The notes beneath the pieces were generated by a model, which saw only the letters and a list, made by a program, of their open reading frames with translations, ran no database searches and was not told the DNA's origin. 64,000 nucleotides of DNA from contig CAVWVQ010000003.1 of NCBI GenBank assembly GCA_963758525.1, positions 3,328,001-3,392,000 of the forward strand. Direction: 5' to 3'. The translations under genes were made by a program, and so were the position numbers. How positions within the stretch are numbered: position 1 is the stretch's first letter; the number at the start of each line of letters is the position of its first letter. Positions 1-9,461 of the stretch are shown in pieces. The DNA is from an uncultured Phycisphaerales bacterium (GTDB lineage: Bacteria; Planctomycetota; Phycisphaerae; Tepidisphaerales; Tepidisphaeraceae).

Positions 1-25
1 GGAACGTGACGGAAGGAGAGACCGC

Positions 26-91
26 TTATCCACCGGTTTCTCCACCGGGCAAAGGCTGTCTGTGCCAATGGTTGCGTTTCACGGTGGATAA
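26..91. promoter_or_regulatory. Cluster of DnaA-box-like 9-mers
   Basis: TTATCCACC (26-34), TTCTCCACC (38-46) and inverted GGTGGATAA (83-91); 1-2 mismatches to TTATCCACA. Confidence 0.35.
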
Positions 92-116
92 CTTCGCCGC
101 GAGTGCGTGAAATGTT

Positions 117-145
117 TTGGTGAAATCGCCAAGTTGGCTTAAATT
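117..145 (+). promoter_or_regulatory. Putative sigma70 promoter upstream of the structured RNA candidate
   Basis: TTGGTG (117-122), 17-nt spacer, TAAATT (140-145); predicted start ~151-152. Confidence 0.35.
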
Positions 146-151
146 CCTCCC

Positions 152-800
152 GTCGTCGGACGCGACAGCGGCCGGCGGAAAGGGAGAATGCTCCTGATAC
201 GGAGTCTGGCTTCCGAACAGTCCGTGCGCAGCAATGAATCGCGGGCACGGCGGAATCCAGCGGCCAGCGACAAGGCCACCCGAAACTAATGGGCGAGGAA
301 AACGTCCCTTTGGCCATCCGGGTTAATGTCGCCGCCAGTGGTCGGACGCACCGCGGGGAGAGAGTCCCTCGTCATGCGCCCGATCGAACCCAGGCTTCCC
401 GAGCAGCCCGGTAACGGGCTGCGGAGAGCAGCTGATCCTAGGAATGGGTTCGGGACAGCGAAATCCCACGGCCCTCCAGTCGGGAAACCGCTCTGCCGCC
501 CTGTTGGGCGAGCGATCGCGGCGGTGACAGTCGCGATCAACCGTCTGTATGCAGCATCCCCATAGATCTGCTGCATGCTGATAGGACCGAGGCGGGCCCA
601 GGCCGGGAGCAGATGGTCACAATATCGGTCCGATACCGGCATAGGCCCCTGCGGTGAGTTCGCGACTCACTTCTGGGGCCTTCCGGCTTTGATGGGGAAG
701 CTCGAAGCGCCGGCGCGGGGGGAGCGCAATTTATCGATGAGCGCACGAAGCCGCGCCAGCACAGAGCCGAGCGACTTGTCGCCGGACCCGCAGCGTGTTG
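152..800 (+). ncRNA. Candidate large structured non-coding RNA (~640 nt), family not recognised
   Basis: No credible ORF; dense nested hairpins (222-250, 385-452, 403-422, 481-490, 497-510, 514-538, 549-576, 644-680, 712-757), GNRA loops (GUAA, GAAA), 5'/3' closing helix 160-178/779-796. Confidence 0.6.
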
Positions 801-840
801 CTTGTAAGTTGCGCATGCCATAGCCGCCGTGGATCATCAT

Positions 841-870
841 TTGACAAAATTCCACCCTCGTTTATACGTT
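841..870 (+). promoter_or_regulatory. Putative sigma70 promoter of the ClC gene
   Basis: Perfect TTGACA (841-846), 18-nt spacer, TACGTT (865-870), ~30 nt before the CDS. Confidence 0.45.
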
Positions 871-899
871 AGCTGACTCACACCTGACCAGGCGGAAGA

Positions 900-2798
900 G
901 TGAGCGCGGAAGAACCGAATGCACCCGGCGAACAAAATGTTCGCGCGGCTTCGACCAATGACGGGCTTCCCATCTCCCCATCGCTGGGGCCGACGTTGGC
1001 TGATGCGCACTTGCCGGCGGTGTACAACCCGCTCGACGCGCGGGTGCTGTTCATCTCCGCCCTGTGCATCCTGATCGGGCTGGCGGCGGGACTGCTCTCG
1101 CAAGTGCTGATCCGCACCATCTGGCTGATCACCAGCCTCTCGTTTTACGGCCGGTTTTCCATGAGGCATGTGACGCCGCCGCAGACGATGGCGGCGAATC
1201 ACCTGGGTTTGTGGATCATTCTGGTGCCCATAGCGGGAGCGATTCTCATCGGTCTGCTCGCCCGATACGGCTCTCGGCAGGTGGCCGGTCATGGAATTCC
1301 CGAAGCGATGGAACAGGTGCTTCTCAACCAGAGCCGCATCCCGCCAAAGATGACGTTCCTCAAGCCGCTCTCGGCGGCCATTTCCATCGGCACTGGCGGC
1401 CCGTTTGGCGCGGAGGGACCGATCATCGCGACCGGCGGAGCGCTGGGATCGCTCATCGGGCAGTTGCTGCACACGACTCCCTCCGAACGCAAGGTGCTGC
1501 TCGCCGCCGGCGCCGCTGCGGGAATCGCGGCGGCATTCGGATGCCCCGTCGCGGCGGTGCTCCTGGCGATCGAACTGCTCCTCTTTGAATTCAGTCCGCG
1601 ATCGATCATCCCGGTTGCGATGGCGTGCGCCACTGCCTCGGTGGTTCACTATCGCTTCGAAGGATTCGAGCCATTCTTCACCCTCGACGGCGGAACGTTT
1701 GCGCCGGCAAACTATCCTCAGCTTGCCGCGTGGACCGTTCTCGGCGCGATCATGGGCGTCGCAGCCGTAATAATGACGCAGAGCGTCTACCTCGTGGAAC
1801 ATCTTTTTGAACGCATTCCGTGCCATTGGATGTGGCACCCGGCGCTGGGGGCGGTGGCGGTTGGCGCCATTGGCTGCATCGCCCCTTTCACGCTCGGCTC
1901 CGGATACTTCAACATCGATCACCTGCTGAGCGGCAGTCTTGCCCTCCGCGCGGCCGCGCTTCTGCTCCTCCTCAAATTCCTCTCGTGGACTATCTCGCTG
2001 GGCAGCGGCACCGCCGGCGGCACGCTCGCCCCCGTCTTCACAATCGGCGGATCGTTGGGGGCGGTCCTCGCGCTGATCGCGCATCGCGTCGATCCAGGCA
2101 TCGTGCTGGATGTTCGGGTTGCCGCGCTCGTGGGGATGGTGGCGATCTTTGCCGGGGCGTCGCGTGCCATGCTCACTTGCGTCGTCTTCGCGTTTGAAAC
2201 CACGATGCAGCCCTGGGGAGTGTTGCCGGCGCTGTGCGGTTGTGCGGCGTCGTATCTGGTGGCAACGCTGATTTCCCGAACGTCCATCATGAGCGAGAAG
2301 ATGCATCGCCAGGGCGTCCGAGTGCCCGTGGAATATCGAGCCGACATTCTGGCGCAGGTGCTGGTGCGCGACGCCTGCACACTGGGGCCGGTGATCCTTC
2401 AGGGGGACCAGTCGGTAGCTGCCGCGCGTGCCTGGCTCAACTCCGATTCAGCAGCGGCCAGACACCAAGGCTTCCCCGTCGTGAACCAGCGGGGCGACCT
2501 GATCGGCGTTGTGACACGCCGGGACGTAACCAACCCGCGCCTCGCCGAAACCGCGACAGTGGGAACTGTCCCCACGCGACTGCCGGTGGTGGTATACGAC
2601 GACTCCACGCTGCGGGATGCGATTGATCACATGATTCAACACGATATTGGGCGACTGCCAGTCGTCTTCCGCGAGGGCCTCAAGCTCGCCGGCATCATCA
2701 CGCGAGGTGATATTCTCACGTATTACGGCCGCTGGCAGGCGGACGAACGTCGTTCGCGACGAAGCATCCTCGTCCCGCGGCAACGTTCTAAGCCGTAG
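900..2798 (+). CDS. ClC-family chloride channel/H+:Cl- antiporter with C-terminal CBS pair
   Basis: ClC motifs GHGIPE, GGPFGAEGP, GTAGGTLAP; many TM helices; CBS-like FPVV..G.LIGVVTRRD and GIITRGDI. Confidence 0.92.
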   Translation: MSAEEPNAPGEQNVRAASTNDGLPISPSLGPTLADAHLPAVYNPLDARVLFISALCILIGLAAGLLSQVLIRTIWLITSLSFYGRFSMRHVTPPQTMAANHLGLWIILVPIAGAILIGLLARYGSRQVAGHGIPEAMEQVLLNQSRIPPKMTFLKPLSAAISIGTGGPFGAEGPIIATGGALGSLIGQLLHTTPSERKVLLAAGAAAGIAAAFGCPVAAVLLAIELLLFEFSPRSIIPVAMACATASVVHYRFEGFEPFFTLDGGTFAPANYPQLAAWTVLGAIMGVAAVIMTQSVYLVEHLFERIPCHWMWHPALGAVAVGAIGCIAPFTLGSGYFNIDHLLSGSLALRAAALLLLLKFLSWTISLGSGTAGGTLAPVFTIGGSLGAVLALIAHRVDPGIVLDVRVAALVGMVAIFAGASRAMLTCVVFAFETTMQPWGVLPALCGCAASYLVATLISRTSIMSEKMHRQGVRVPVEYRADILAQVLVRDACTLGPVILQGDQSVAAARAWLNSDSAAARHQGFPVVNQRGDLIGVVTRRDVTNPRLAETATVGTVPTRLPVVVYDDSTLRDAIDHMIQHDIGRLPVVFREGLKLAGIITRGDILTYYGRWQADERRSRRSILVPRQRSKP

Positions 2799-3022
2799 TG
2801 GCAGGCAGGGCTTGAGTGGGGATATTTGGATTTTGAAGGTTTCCTCCCATTTGCGTGGCTGCCGCGACGGATATTACGCGCGTGACGTCTATGTCGCCGG
2901 TGAGCCCACAAAATGTAGGTGTTTCCCCTACGTTATGCCGTAGTTATCAGTTATGTACTCATCGATACCGCCTTGCTGAGCACGCTGTTTTCTCGCGTAA
3001 ACCCATATTCTGTCGATGGTTT

Positions 3023-3052
3023 TTGACAATTTTCGCCCGAGTGGAGTAACAT
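3023..3052 (+). promoter_or_regulatory. Putative sigma70 promoter
   Basis: TTGACA (3023-3028), 18-nt spacer, TAACAT (3047-3052). Confidence 0.4.
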
Positions 3053-3181
3053 GCCCTCCGAACGGAGCAGCAAGGATCCTCCGACGGGCTTGCCCGTCGT
3101 CGGGCGTGGGTGGCTGCTCCGCTAGTCATAACTCATTGCGTCGTGCGCGAGCTTCTGGCGCGTTGCCAAAAGGTAACATCA

Positions 3182-4111
3182 ATGCGCTTTCTTCGAAGCT
3201 TGCTTCGCTCGTCCGGTCGGGTTGCATCTACATCTGCCGTTGTGCCAGAGCAACTGGAATCTCGTTGCCTGATGAGCGTCAGCGTCACCGGCCTCAGTCC
3301 CAGTGGCGTGGTCAACGTGGCCAAACCGTATCTGGTGGCGAGTTTCACCACGACCGACTCCCCGCTTTCCGTGAAGCACTACTCCGCGACCGTGAACTTC
3401 GAGGATGGAACTTCGGGCCCAGCAAAGTTCAAGCTCGCCCATGGAGTATTTTCGGTAACCGCCCAGCATAAATACGTTGATCCCGGACTGGTCGCGGCGC
3501 AGGTAACGATCAACGACAAAGTCGATGGCACCAGCCAGACCGTCACCAGCAACATCAACGTCATCCCGAAATTCACCGCCAATGGCCTCACGAAGCTGCG
3601 CATCGCCCAGAACCAGTACTTTCAGCTCGCCTTCGGCGGAACCTGGGTCAGAAAGGGCAACAACTATGCAAGTCACTCGCTGACCGCGACCCGCGTCTCT
3701 GACAGCAAGGACGTGAATTGGTCCGGCAATGTCGTCAGTGCCAGCGCCGTCGGCGCATTCTCGGTCAGCACGCAGACCCTTGGCTATTTCCCCGGCACGT
3801 CTGGCGGAACCTTCACCAAGCTGTTCGACGTGAGCGGCTTCAACGCAAGCGCTTCTGGCGGCGTGGGGCCAACCACGATCAATGGCACGTATCGCCTCGC
3901 CCGTACCGGTGGCAACGACATTACTCTCACCTCAAACCCCGCCGATAACGTCGACAAACGCGATCACATGGTGACCTATGTCATCAAGGGCCTCCCAGGA
4001 CAGGCGGCCAATCAGACCACGTACATGATCTTCTGGGAAGACTCGCCAGGGCAGGTCAACCTCTTCGACTTCAATGACTTGATCGTTGAGCTGACGCTGC
4101 AGAACGGGTAG
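3182..4111 (+). CDS. Secreted planctomycete-type protein (LEPRxLL-like motif, PKD/Ig-like region, DUF4114-like C-terminus)
   Basis: EQLESRCLMS motif; S/T/G-rich beta content; C-terminal FWED...DFNDLIV; ATG 3182 in frame with ORF 3110..4111. Confidence 0.75.
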   Translation: MRFLRSLLRSSGRVASTSAVVPEQLESRCLMSVSVTGLSPSGVVNVAKPYLVASFTTTDSPLSVKHYSATVNFEDGTSGPAKFKLAHGVFSVTAQHKYVDPGLVAAQVTINDKVDGTSQTVTSNINVIPKFTANGLTKLRIAQNQYFQLAFGGTWVRKGNNYASHSLTATRVSDSKDVNWSGNVVSASAVGAFSVSTQTLGYFPGTSGGTFTKLFDVSGFNASASGGVGPTTINGTYRLARTGGNDITLTSNPADNVDKRDHMVTYVIKGLPGQAANQTTYMIFWEDSPGQVNLFDFNDLIVELTLQNG

Positions 4112-4284
4112 GCAAGGCGCCCGCTGCGCCGGGCAATCTGCCACACCAAGTCAAGAAAGCAAAGAGGGGACGAAGGCCCGTTATGCACGGCCTTTGTCTC
4201 TTCTTCTTTTGGCTCGGGGTGAGCAGCAGCCACTCGCACGGCGCGCCGCAGGAACGGGGCGAAGCCCCGGCGCTTCACCTGACT

Positions 4285-5379
4285 CTACTTACCGACTGGT
4301 ACGGTTTCACTCTCACGCGTTGCGCGGATCGGGGTGGGATTTTCGCCTCGGCTGGCGCTTCGGACCAGATCATCCACGTAATGCAGCTTTTTGACCACGC
4401 CCTCGCAAAAGACCTCCGGCACCAGGTCGGGAAGGCCCATGTTCCGGTTGATCTCATTCATCCCGATGGCCATCGGCGCGTATCGCTTCAGCACCGAGTC
4501 CAGATCGTCGGACGGCATCCTCAGATCGGAGAAGCCCTGCGCCTGGAACGTATCCAGCGTGCCGACGATGTCCAGATACAGGCCGAATGTCTCAGCGAAA
4601 TCCTCCCACGGGTGCATCGTTGCGTAGGCGCTGACGAAGCTCTCCTGCCAGTTGGGCGGGGCGCCTGTCTTGTAATAGGCGCACTGCGCCTTGCCGTAGT
4701 CGATCGTGTGGTCGCCGAAGACAGAGATGGAACTCTCTTCGTCGTGCCCCTTCACCAGCAGGTCCCAGAAGTAATGTGCAATCTCATGGCGGAAGTGGCC
4801 GATCAGCGTCCGCTGCGGCTCGTGCAGATTGACGCGCAACCGCTCCCGCTCCACGTCGTCGGCCTCGCAGATGTTGATGATGATCACGCCGGATGCGTGC
4901 CCGGTGGTGATCGGCTCACAGTTTTTGATCCGCTGCCATTGGCCATTCTGGATGATCTTGTCGGTTTTGAACTCAAAGATCAGCCCCGGCACGAATCCCT
5001 CGTCAGCCGTCCCGTAGGGAAGACCCAGCATATCCAGATCGTAGATCAGCCGGCGCTTCGCCGCTTCGAGTCGCGCCCATCGCTCGACATTGCCAGGAAC
5101 TGAGAGATCTGGAATCGTCCTGTTAAATCGGCAGCAGTCGCAGAAGGCCGGCGCCTTGCCTCCGGGCTGCACCAGGACAAAGCGATTGCAAACATTCAAC
5201 TCCCGGTTGTTGGTGCATTTTAGAAGTGCCGACTTGCAACGGTCGCAGCTGTAATTGCCGGTCTTTCCGTTCACTGCCACAATGCTGCGGCAATGCGGAC
5301 ACCAACCCGTTTCGCGTTTGCAAGTCAGGCAGCGGGAGTTGTCAAAAAAAAGGGTGGAACCGCACCCGCATTTAAACAT
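4285..5379 (-). CDS. Zinc-ribbon plus putative zinc-binding metallopeptidase protein
   Basis: Cys-rich N-terminus (CGC, CLTC, CPHC, CDRC, CDCC); TLIGHFRHEIAHYFW (HExxH); SAYATMHPWEDFAETF. Confidence 0.85.
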   Translation of the reverse strand: MFKCGCGSTLFFDNSRCLTCKRETGWCPHCRSIVAVNGKTGNYSCDRCKSALLKCTNNRELNVCNRFVLVQPGGKAPAFCDCCRFNRTIPDLSVPGNVERWARLEAAKRRLIYDLDMLGLPYGTADEGFVPGLIFEFKTDKIIQNGQWQRIKNCEPITTGHASGVIIINICEADDVERERLRVNLHEPQRTLIGHFRHEIAHYFWDLLVKGHDEESSISVFGDHTIDYGKAQCAYYKTGAPPNWQESFVSAYATMHPWEDFAETFGLYLDIVGTLDTFQAQGFSDLRMPSDDLDSVLKRYAPMAIGMNEINRNMGLPDLVPEVFCEGVVKKLHYVDDLVRSASRGENPTPIRATRESETVPVGK

Positions 5380-5442
5380 TTGCACGGCGAGCTTTCCTCT
5401 CAATCGATTGCCTCGGCAACGCCGGCGACAACCGCCATAGCG

Positions 5443-5613
5443 TCACTGATTCCCCAGCGCCTCATCCAACGTGGACCATGTCGTTGCCGGCATAAACCTG
5501 AAGCCGAAAGCCTCTCGCGCATGCGCGCCCGGCCTCTTCGAGCCGCTTACGCTGACGGCCATCGCCAGCATCCCCACGACCATCAAGATTTCCAACAGCC
5601 GCCATGTGCTCAT
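5443..5613 (-). CDS. Possible small (56 aa) membrane/secreted peptide
   Basis: Read by eye: MSTWRLLEILMVVGMLAMAVSVSGSK..., hydrophobic N-terminus, GAGG upstream, co-directional with neighbours. Confidence 0.35.
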   Translation of the reverse strand: MSTWRLLEILMVVGMLAMAVSVSGSKRPGAHAREAFGFRFMPATTWSTLDEALGNQ

Positions 5614-5677
5614 TGCTCACCCTCGCGCGCAAAGAAACCCCTCCGCAGGGTGGGGAGGGGTCAGAAGGTGGTCTCCT

Positions 5678-5860
5678 TTAACGAGCGCCCTTGTCGGAGT
5701 CAGAGGATGCTTTGCCCACCGCCTCTTGCGCTTTCCCGACAGCCTTTTGCACTTTGCCCTTGACCTGTTGCGCAGGGTTATCAGTGACGGCTCCGATGGC
5801 GTCGTTTGCCTTGCCTTTGATCTGCTTGACTTTCCCCGCTGCTACATCTTCTTGTCCCAT
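5678..5860 (-). CDS. csbD: CsbD family stress protein
   Basis: GKVKQIKGKANDAIGAVTDN...KGKVQKAVGKAQE pattern, 60 aa, AGGAG RBS. Confidence 0.85.
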   Translation of the reverse strand: MGQEDVAAGKVKQIKGKANDAIGAVTDNPAQQVKGKVQKAVGKAQEAVGKASSDSDKGAR

Positions 5861-6287
5861 GATCGATCTCCTGTAAGAGTTGAGGACAAGAACACTTTGG
5901 CAAAAGGTGTGCCTCTAAAGGAATGCGTGCTTTTCAGCCAGCAGGGGCCGCTTTTTAGGTCCAGTGCGACAACATGACGGGAGGGGAGACAGGTTGTTTT
6001 TGCTCGTCTGACAGGCCGAGTCGCTGATGAAGCGCGCTGCCTCCTCCTCCTACCCTGGCGAAGCGACGAGTTGGGTGCGGGAAATCAGAACCCGCTTGGT
6101 GAAAACATGGCAGCCGTAAGTGAGCTTCGCGTCCTGGTTGGAAAACGCTCGTCGCCTTTATGTCCGCCTTCGCGTATGCGAAACACTGAGAGCACACGAA
6201 ACCTGTTGCTGGACATTGTCTGATTTTAGGGGCCGCGCACGAATAACCTGCTCAAATGATTTCGAATCCAGCGGACGGCGATGCCAC

Positions 6288-6344
6288 TGTAGAACAGCCG
6301 TCTCGGCTGTGATGTCGGGCGACAGCCGAGACGGCTGTGCGACA
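6288..6344. repeat. REPIN-like doublet, family GTAG-(C/A)AC(A/T)GCCGTCYCGGCTGTG
   Basis: ACAGCCGTCTCGGCTGT and its inverse separated by a short spacer; related copy at 41735-41791. Confidence 0.7.
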
Positions 6345-6449
6345 TGCCCAAAATTGACGCTCTGCCGCTCGCATTTATAATGCCCCGCTCTCCGCAGGGC
6401 GTCGCAGCCCCGGGGCTGCTATGGGTTTTCGTGCAGGGAAGGAGTCGGC

Positions 6450-9400
6450 GTGCGTCGCAGCGTTGGAGTCGCTCTTCTTTCGCTGCTCACAATTTCCGCG
6501 ATCGCCCGCGCCCAATATCAATCTCCCAGCCAGCAGCTTCTCGTCACGGCCGGCTCGGCGTTCACCCGGCAGCAGGGGGATGGCTCGGTCATCGAAGCCG
6601 AGCGAAACGTCACCATCGAACTCGACCGCGCGAAGCTGTCGGCTGATTCGGCAGTAATCTGGCTTTCCGGAGCCGCAGGGCAGAATCAGCCGCAACAGGT
6701 ACAGATCGGCCTGGTCGGTCACGCCAGCGTTCAGCAGAAGGGGGCATCGCGCAGCGGCGATCAACTGTTCGTCACCGCCGAGGTCGTTGGGACGATCCGG
6801 CTGACGGCAGAGCCGGCGACGGCGCACGGATCCTCGGATCTCTACCAGAAGGCCGCCGCACTGCGCGATTCCGCGCAAACGGCAGTCGCTCCTCCCGGCC
6901 AGGCGCCGCCGGAACCTTCCGCAACTGCACCTCCACTGCTGAGCGATCCCTCCGCTTCGGTCCCGGGTGTCCGCAGCGGCGGTCCCGGGAGCGGGGCGCC
7001 GGAATCTACTGCTGGCCAACCCCGCGCACCGGTCTACTTCGACGACGAACCGCAGTCGGCGACCCGCCGCGCCACCACGCAGCCCGCCACGCGCCCGACG
7101 ACCGCTCCGGTGAATTTCGAGGCCGAGCACATTGAAACCGCCCAGACGCCGGAACACCGCGCGGCAATCCTGCTCAGCGGCGGGGTGCTGCTGTTCCAAC
7201 AGAAGACCAAGGGAGACATCATCGAGCTGCGCGCGCAGCGTGCCGTTCTCTTCACCACTGCCGAGCATGTGAAGCAGCTCGCCGCCTCGGCGCACGGGCG
7301 GCAGGTGCAGGACTCGGTCGAGGGGGCGTATCTGGAAGGGGACGTGCGGATCGTCTACACCTCGCCGGGTTACATCAAGGGCGAACAGCGTCTCACGGCC
7401 GATCGGGTCTACTACCAATTCGGCACCGACCGCGCGATTCTCACGGACGCGGTCGTCCACACCGTCGATGTGAAACGCCAGGTTCCGATCATCATTCGCG
7501 CCAAAACGCTCAGACAACTGGCCGAGGGAGAGTACAAGGGCGACAAAGTCGAGCTGACCACCAGCAGCTTTGCGCTGCCGTCCCTGGCGATTGCCGCCGA
7601 TCGCATGTACGTGAAATCTGAAATGAGCGCCGACAGCGGCGATCAGGAAACCTATTTCAAAGCCAACGGCGCCACGATTCCGATCTTCGGCGTTCCAGTC
7701 TTCTACTGGCCCGTGCTTTCGGGAACTGCGGACGATCGCGGCAGCGCGCTGCGAGGCATCGGCCTGGAGAATCGCAATTCCTTCGGCTTTGGACCCCAGA
7801 CCGAATGGGGGCTCTTTGAGAGCTTAGGCGCCACTGCGCCGAAGGATCTCGACGCCGCCTATCGTCTCGACTACTACTCCGAGCGCGGTCCCGGATTCGG
7901 AATCAGCGCCGCGTATCAGGGCGGCCATATCACCGACACAACCAAGCAGCCGCAGGAATTCGCCGGCGATTTCAAAGCGTATTTCGTCAACGACAAGGGG
8001 CAGGACGATCTGAATCGCCAGCCGATCCACGAATACACCGACGAGACGCTGCGCGGCCGGGTTCTGTGGGAGCATACGCAGTATTTCCCCGACGGATGGG
8101 AAGCGCAGCTTCGCGCCGGCTGGGTGTCAGACGCGACATTTCTCGAGAGCTGGTATCGGCGCGATTACGAAACCGACCTCCCTCTGAGTGTCTCGGCTTA
8201 TATCAAGCATTTGAACGAAACCGAAGCGACCACGCTGCTCTTCGACATTCAGCCAAGCCGCGTGGTAACCACCTCGGATCTCGAGCAGGAGCAGTTTGAA
8301 GTCGAGCGGTATCCTGAGTTCGGGTACCGCCGGATCGGCGACGGATTTCTCGACAACCAGCTCACGTTCTTCAGCGACAACACAGCGGATGCGCTGAAAT
8401 TCCAGCAGAGCCGGGCCTCGCTGATCGATCAGGGATATACGCCCAGCGCCGGTATCACACCGGGGTTGCCGTCACTCGGAACGACCGGCGTTTTCCCGCA
8501 CACACTCTTCCGCGAAAACTTTCGCCAGGAGGTCGATTATCCGCTGACGGCCGGTCCGATTCGCGTCGTTCCCTATACCATGGGAATCCTGACGCAGTAC
8601 TCCAATTCCCCCCGCGACGGAGAGATCACCCGCCTCCTCGCCGGTGTCGGAGCGCGTTTCAGCACGGCCTTCTGGAAGGTCGATCCGACCGCCGAGTCAG
8701 ATTTATTCGACATCCATCAGATTCGCCACATTATCCAGCCGGAGGTGAATCTGTTTACCTCGGCACAGAACATCTCGCACGACGACGTTTACATCTATGA
8801 CGAGCAGGTCGACGCCGTCAATGACGTCTCGGTTGCTCAGCTTGCGCTGCGTCAGACGTGGCAGACCAAACGCGGCGCACCGGGCGAATGGCGCAATGTC
8901 GACGTCTTCTCCCTCAACGTCGAGGCGAATTTCTTCGCCAACAAACCGCCGCCGCGCTTCGCCAACCCGCTAAACTTTCGCGGACTGTTTTTCTCGTCTC
9001 TTCCCGAAGCGTCGGTCCCGCGCAACTCCGTGAATGTGGACGCGTCGTGGCGGGTGAGCGACGAAACCGTGCTGCTGGCCGACATGAGCGAGAACCTCGA
9101 CACCGGCACCTTCGCGACCGCCGCGATCGGCGTTCTGGTTCGCCGCGGCGAGCGGATCAGCTATTACCTCGAGAACCGCTTCGTGCAGGATCTGAACGCC
9201 AACATCACCAGCGCCGACCTGCAGTACCAATTGACCAACAAATACTCCGTTGGAATCAGCGAGTCGTTCAACTTCAGCAACGGCCAGGACGTCAGTTCCG
9301 GCATCAGCCTGCTGCGGACTTTCGACTCCTTCTCCCTTACGGTTTCAGCCTATCGCGATCTGACGACTGGTGTGAACAGCTTTAGCGTCGAGATCACGCC

Positions 9401-9458
9401 ACTGGGTCTGTCCAAGGGAGCCGGGTCCGGGGCGTTTTCGAATAGCTTCCGAAAGTAG
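6450..9458 (+). CDS. lptD: LPS-assembly outer membrane protein LptD-like
   Basis: Signal peptide, N-terminal OstA-like beta-jellyroll (AYLEGDVRI..., LTADRVYY), GVPVFYWP, SDATFLESWY, IRHIIQP barrel region; 1002 aa. Confidence 0.75.
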   Translation: MRRSVGVALLSLLTISAIARAQYQSPSQQLLVTAGSAFTRQQGDGSVIEAERNVTIELDRAKLSADSAVIWLSGAAGQNQPQQVQIGLVGHASVQQKGASRSGDQLFVTAEVVGTIRLTAEPATAHGSSDLYQKAAALRDSAQTAVAPPGQAPPEPSATAPPLLSDPSASVPGVRSGGPGSGAPESTAGQPRAPVYFDDEPQSATRRATTQPATRPTTAPVNFEAEHIETAQTPEHRAAILLSGGVLLFQQKTKGDIIELRAQRAVLFTTAEHVKQLAASAHGRQVQDSVEGAYLEGDVRIVYTSPGYIKGEQRLTADRVYYQFGTDRAILTDAVVHTVDVKRQVPIIIRAKTLRQLAEGEYKGDKVELTTSSFALPSLAIAADRMYVKSEMSADSGDQETYFKANGATIPIFGVPVFYWPVLSGTADDRGSALRGIGLENRNSFGFGPQTEWGLFESLGATAPKDLDAAYRLDYYSERGPGFGISAAYQGGHITDTTKQPQEFAGDFKAYFVNDKGQDDLNRQPIHEYTDETLRGRVLWEHTQYFPDGWEAQLRAGWVSDATFLESWYRRDYETDLPLSVSAYIKHLNETEATTLLFDIQPSRVVTTSDLEQEQFEVERYPEFGYRRIGDGFLDNQLTFFSDNTADALKFQQSRASLIDQGYTPSAGITPGLPSLGTTGVFPHTLFRENFRQEVDYPLTAGPIRVVPYTMGILTQYSNSPRDGEITRLLAGVGARFSTAFWKVDPTAESDLFDIHQIRHIIQPEVNLFTSAQNISHDDVYIYDEQVDAVNDVSVAQLALRQTWQTKRGAPGEWRNVDVFSLNVEANFFANKPPPRFANPLNFRGLFFSSLPEASVPRNSVNVDASWRVSDETVLLADMSENLDTGTFATAAIGVLVRRGERISYYLENRFVQDLNANITSADLQYQLTNKYSVGISESFNFSNGQDVSSGISLLRTFDSFSLTVSAYRDLTTGVNSFSVEITPLGLSKGAGSGAFSNSFRK

Positions 9459-9461
9459 AAT

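Noticed and set aside
152..800. RNase P, tmRNA, SRP, group II intron or riboswitch identity for the structured region
   Set aside because: GAGGAAAACGTCC (295-307) and CAGGCCGGGAGCAG (599-612) only loosely echo RNase P and SRP motifs; other required elements (GAAAGUGC.ACAGA, GNRA-capped helix 8, tRNA-like ends, domain V) are not visible
286..855. Short ORFs overlapping the structured region
   Set aside because: No recognisable motifs or RBS; composition typical of GC-rich shadow ORFs
837..2306. Long antisense ORFs (also 6375..7517, 14630..16012, 18252..19643, 35541..36911, 43706..44917 and others)
   Set aside because: Shadow frames of well-supported genes in high-GC DNA
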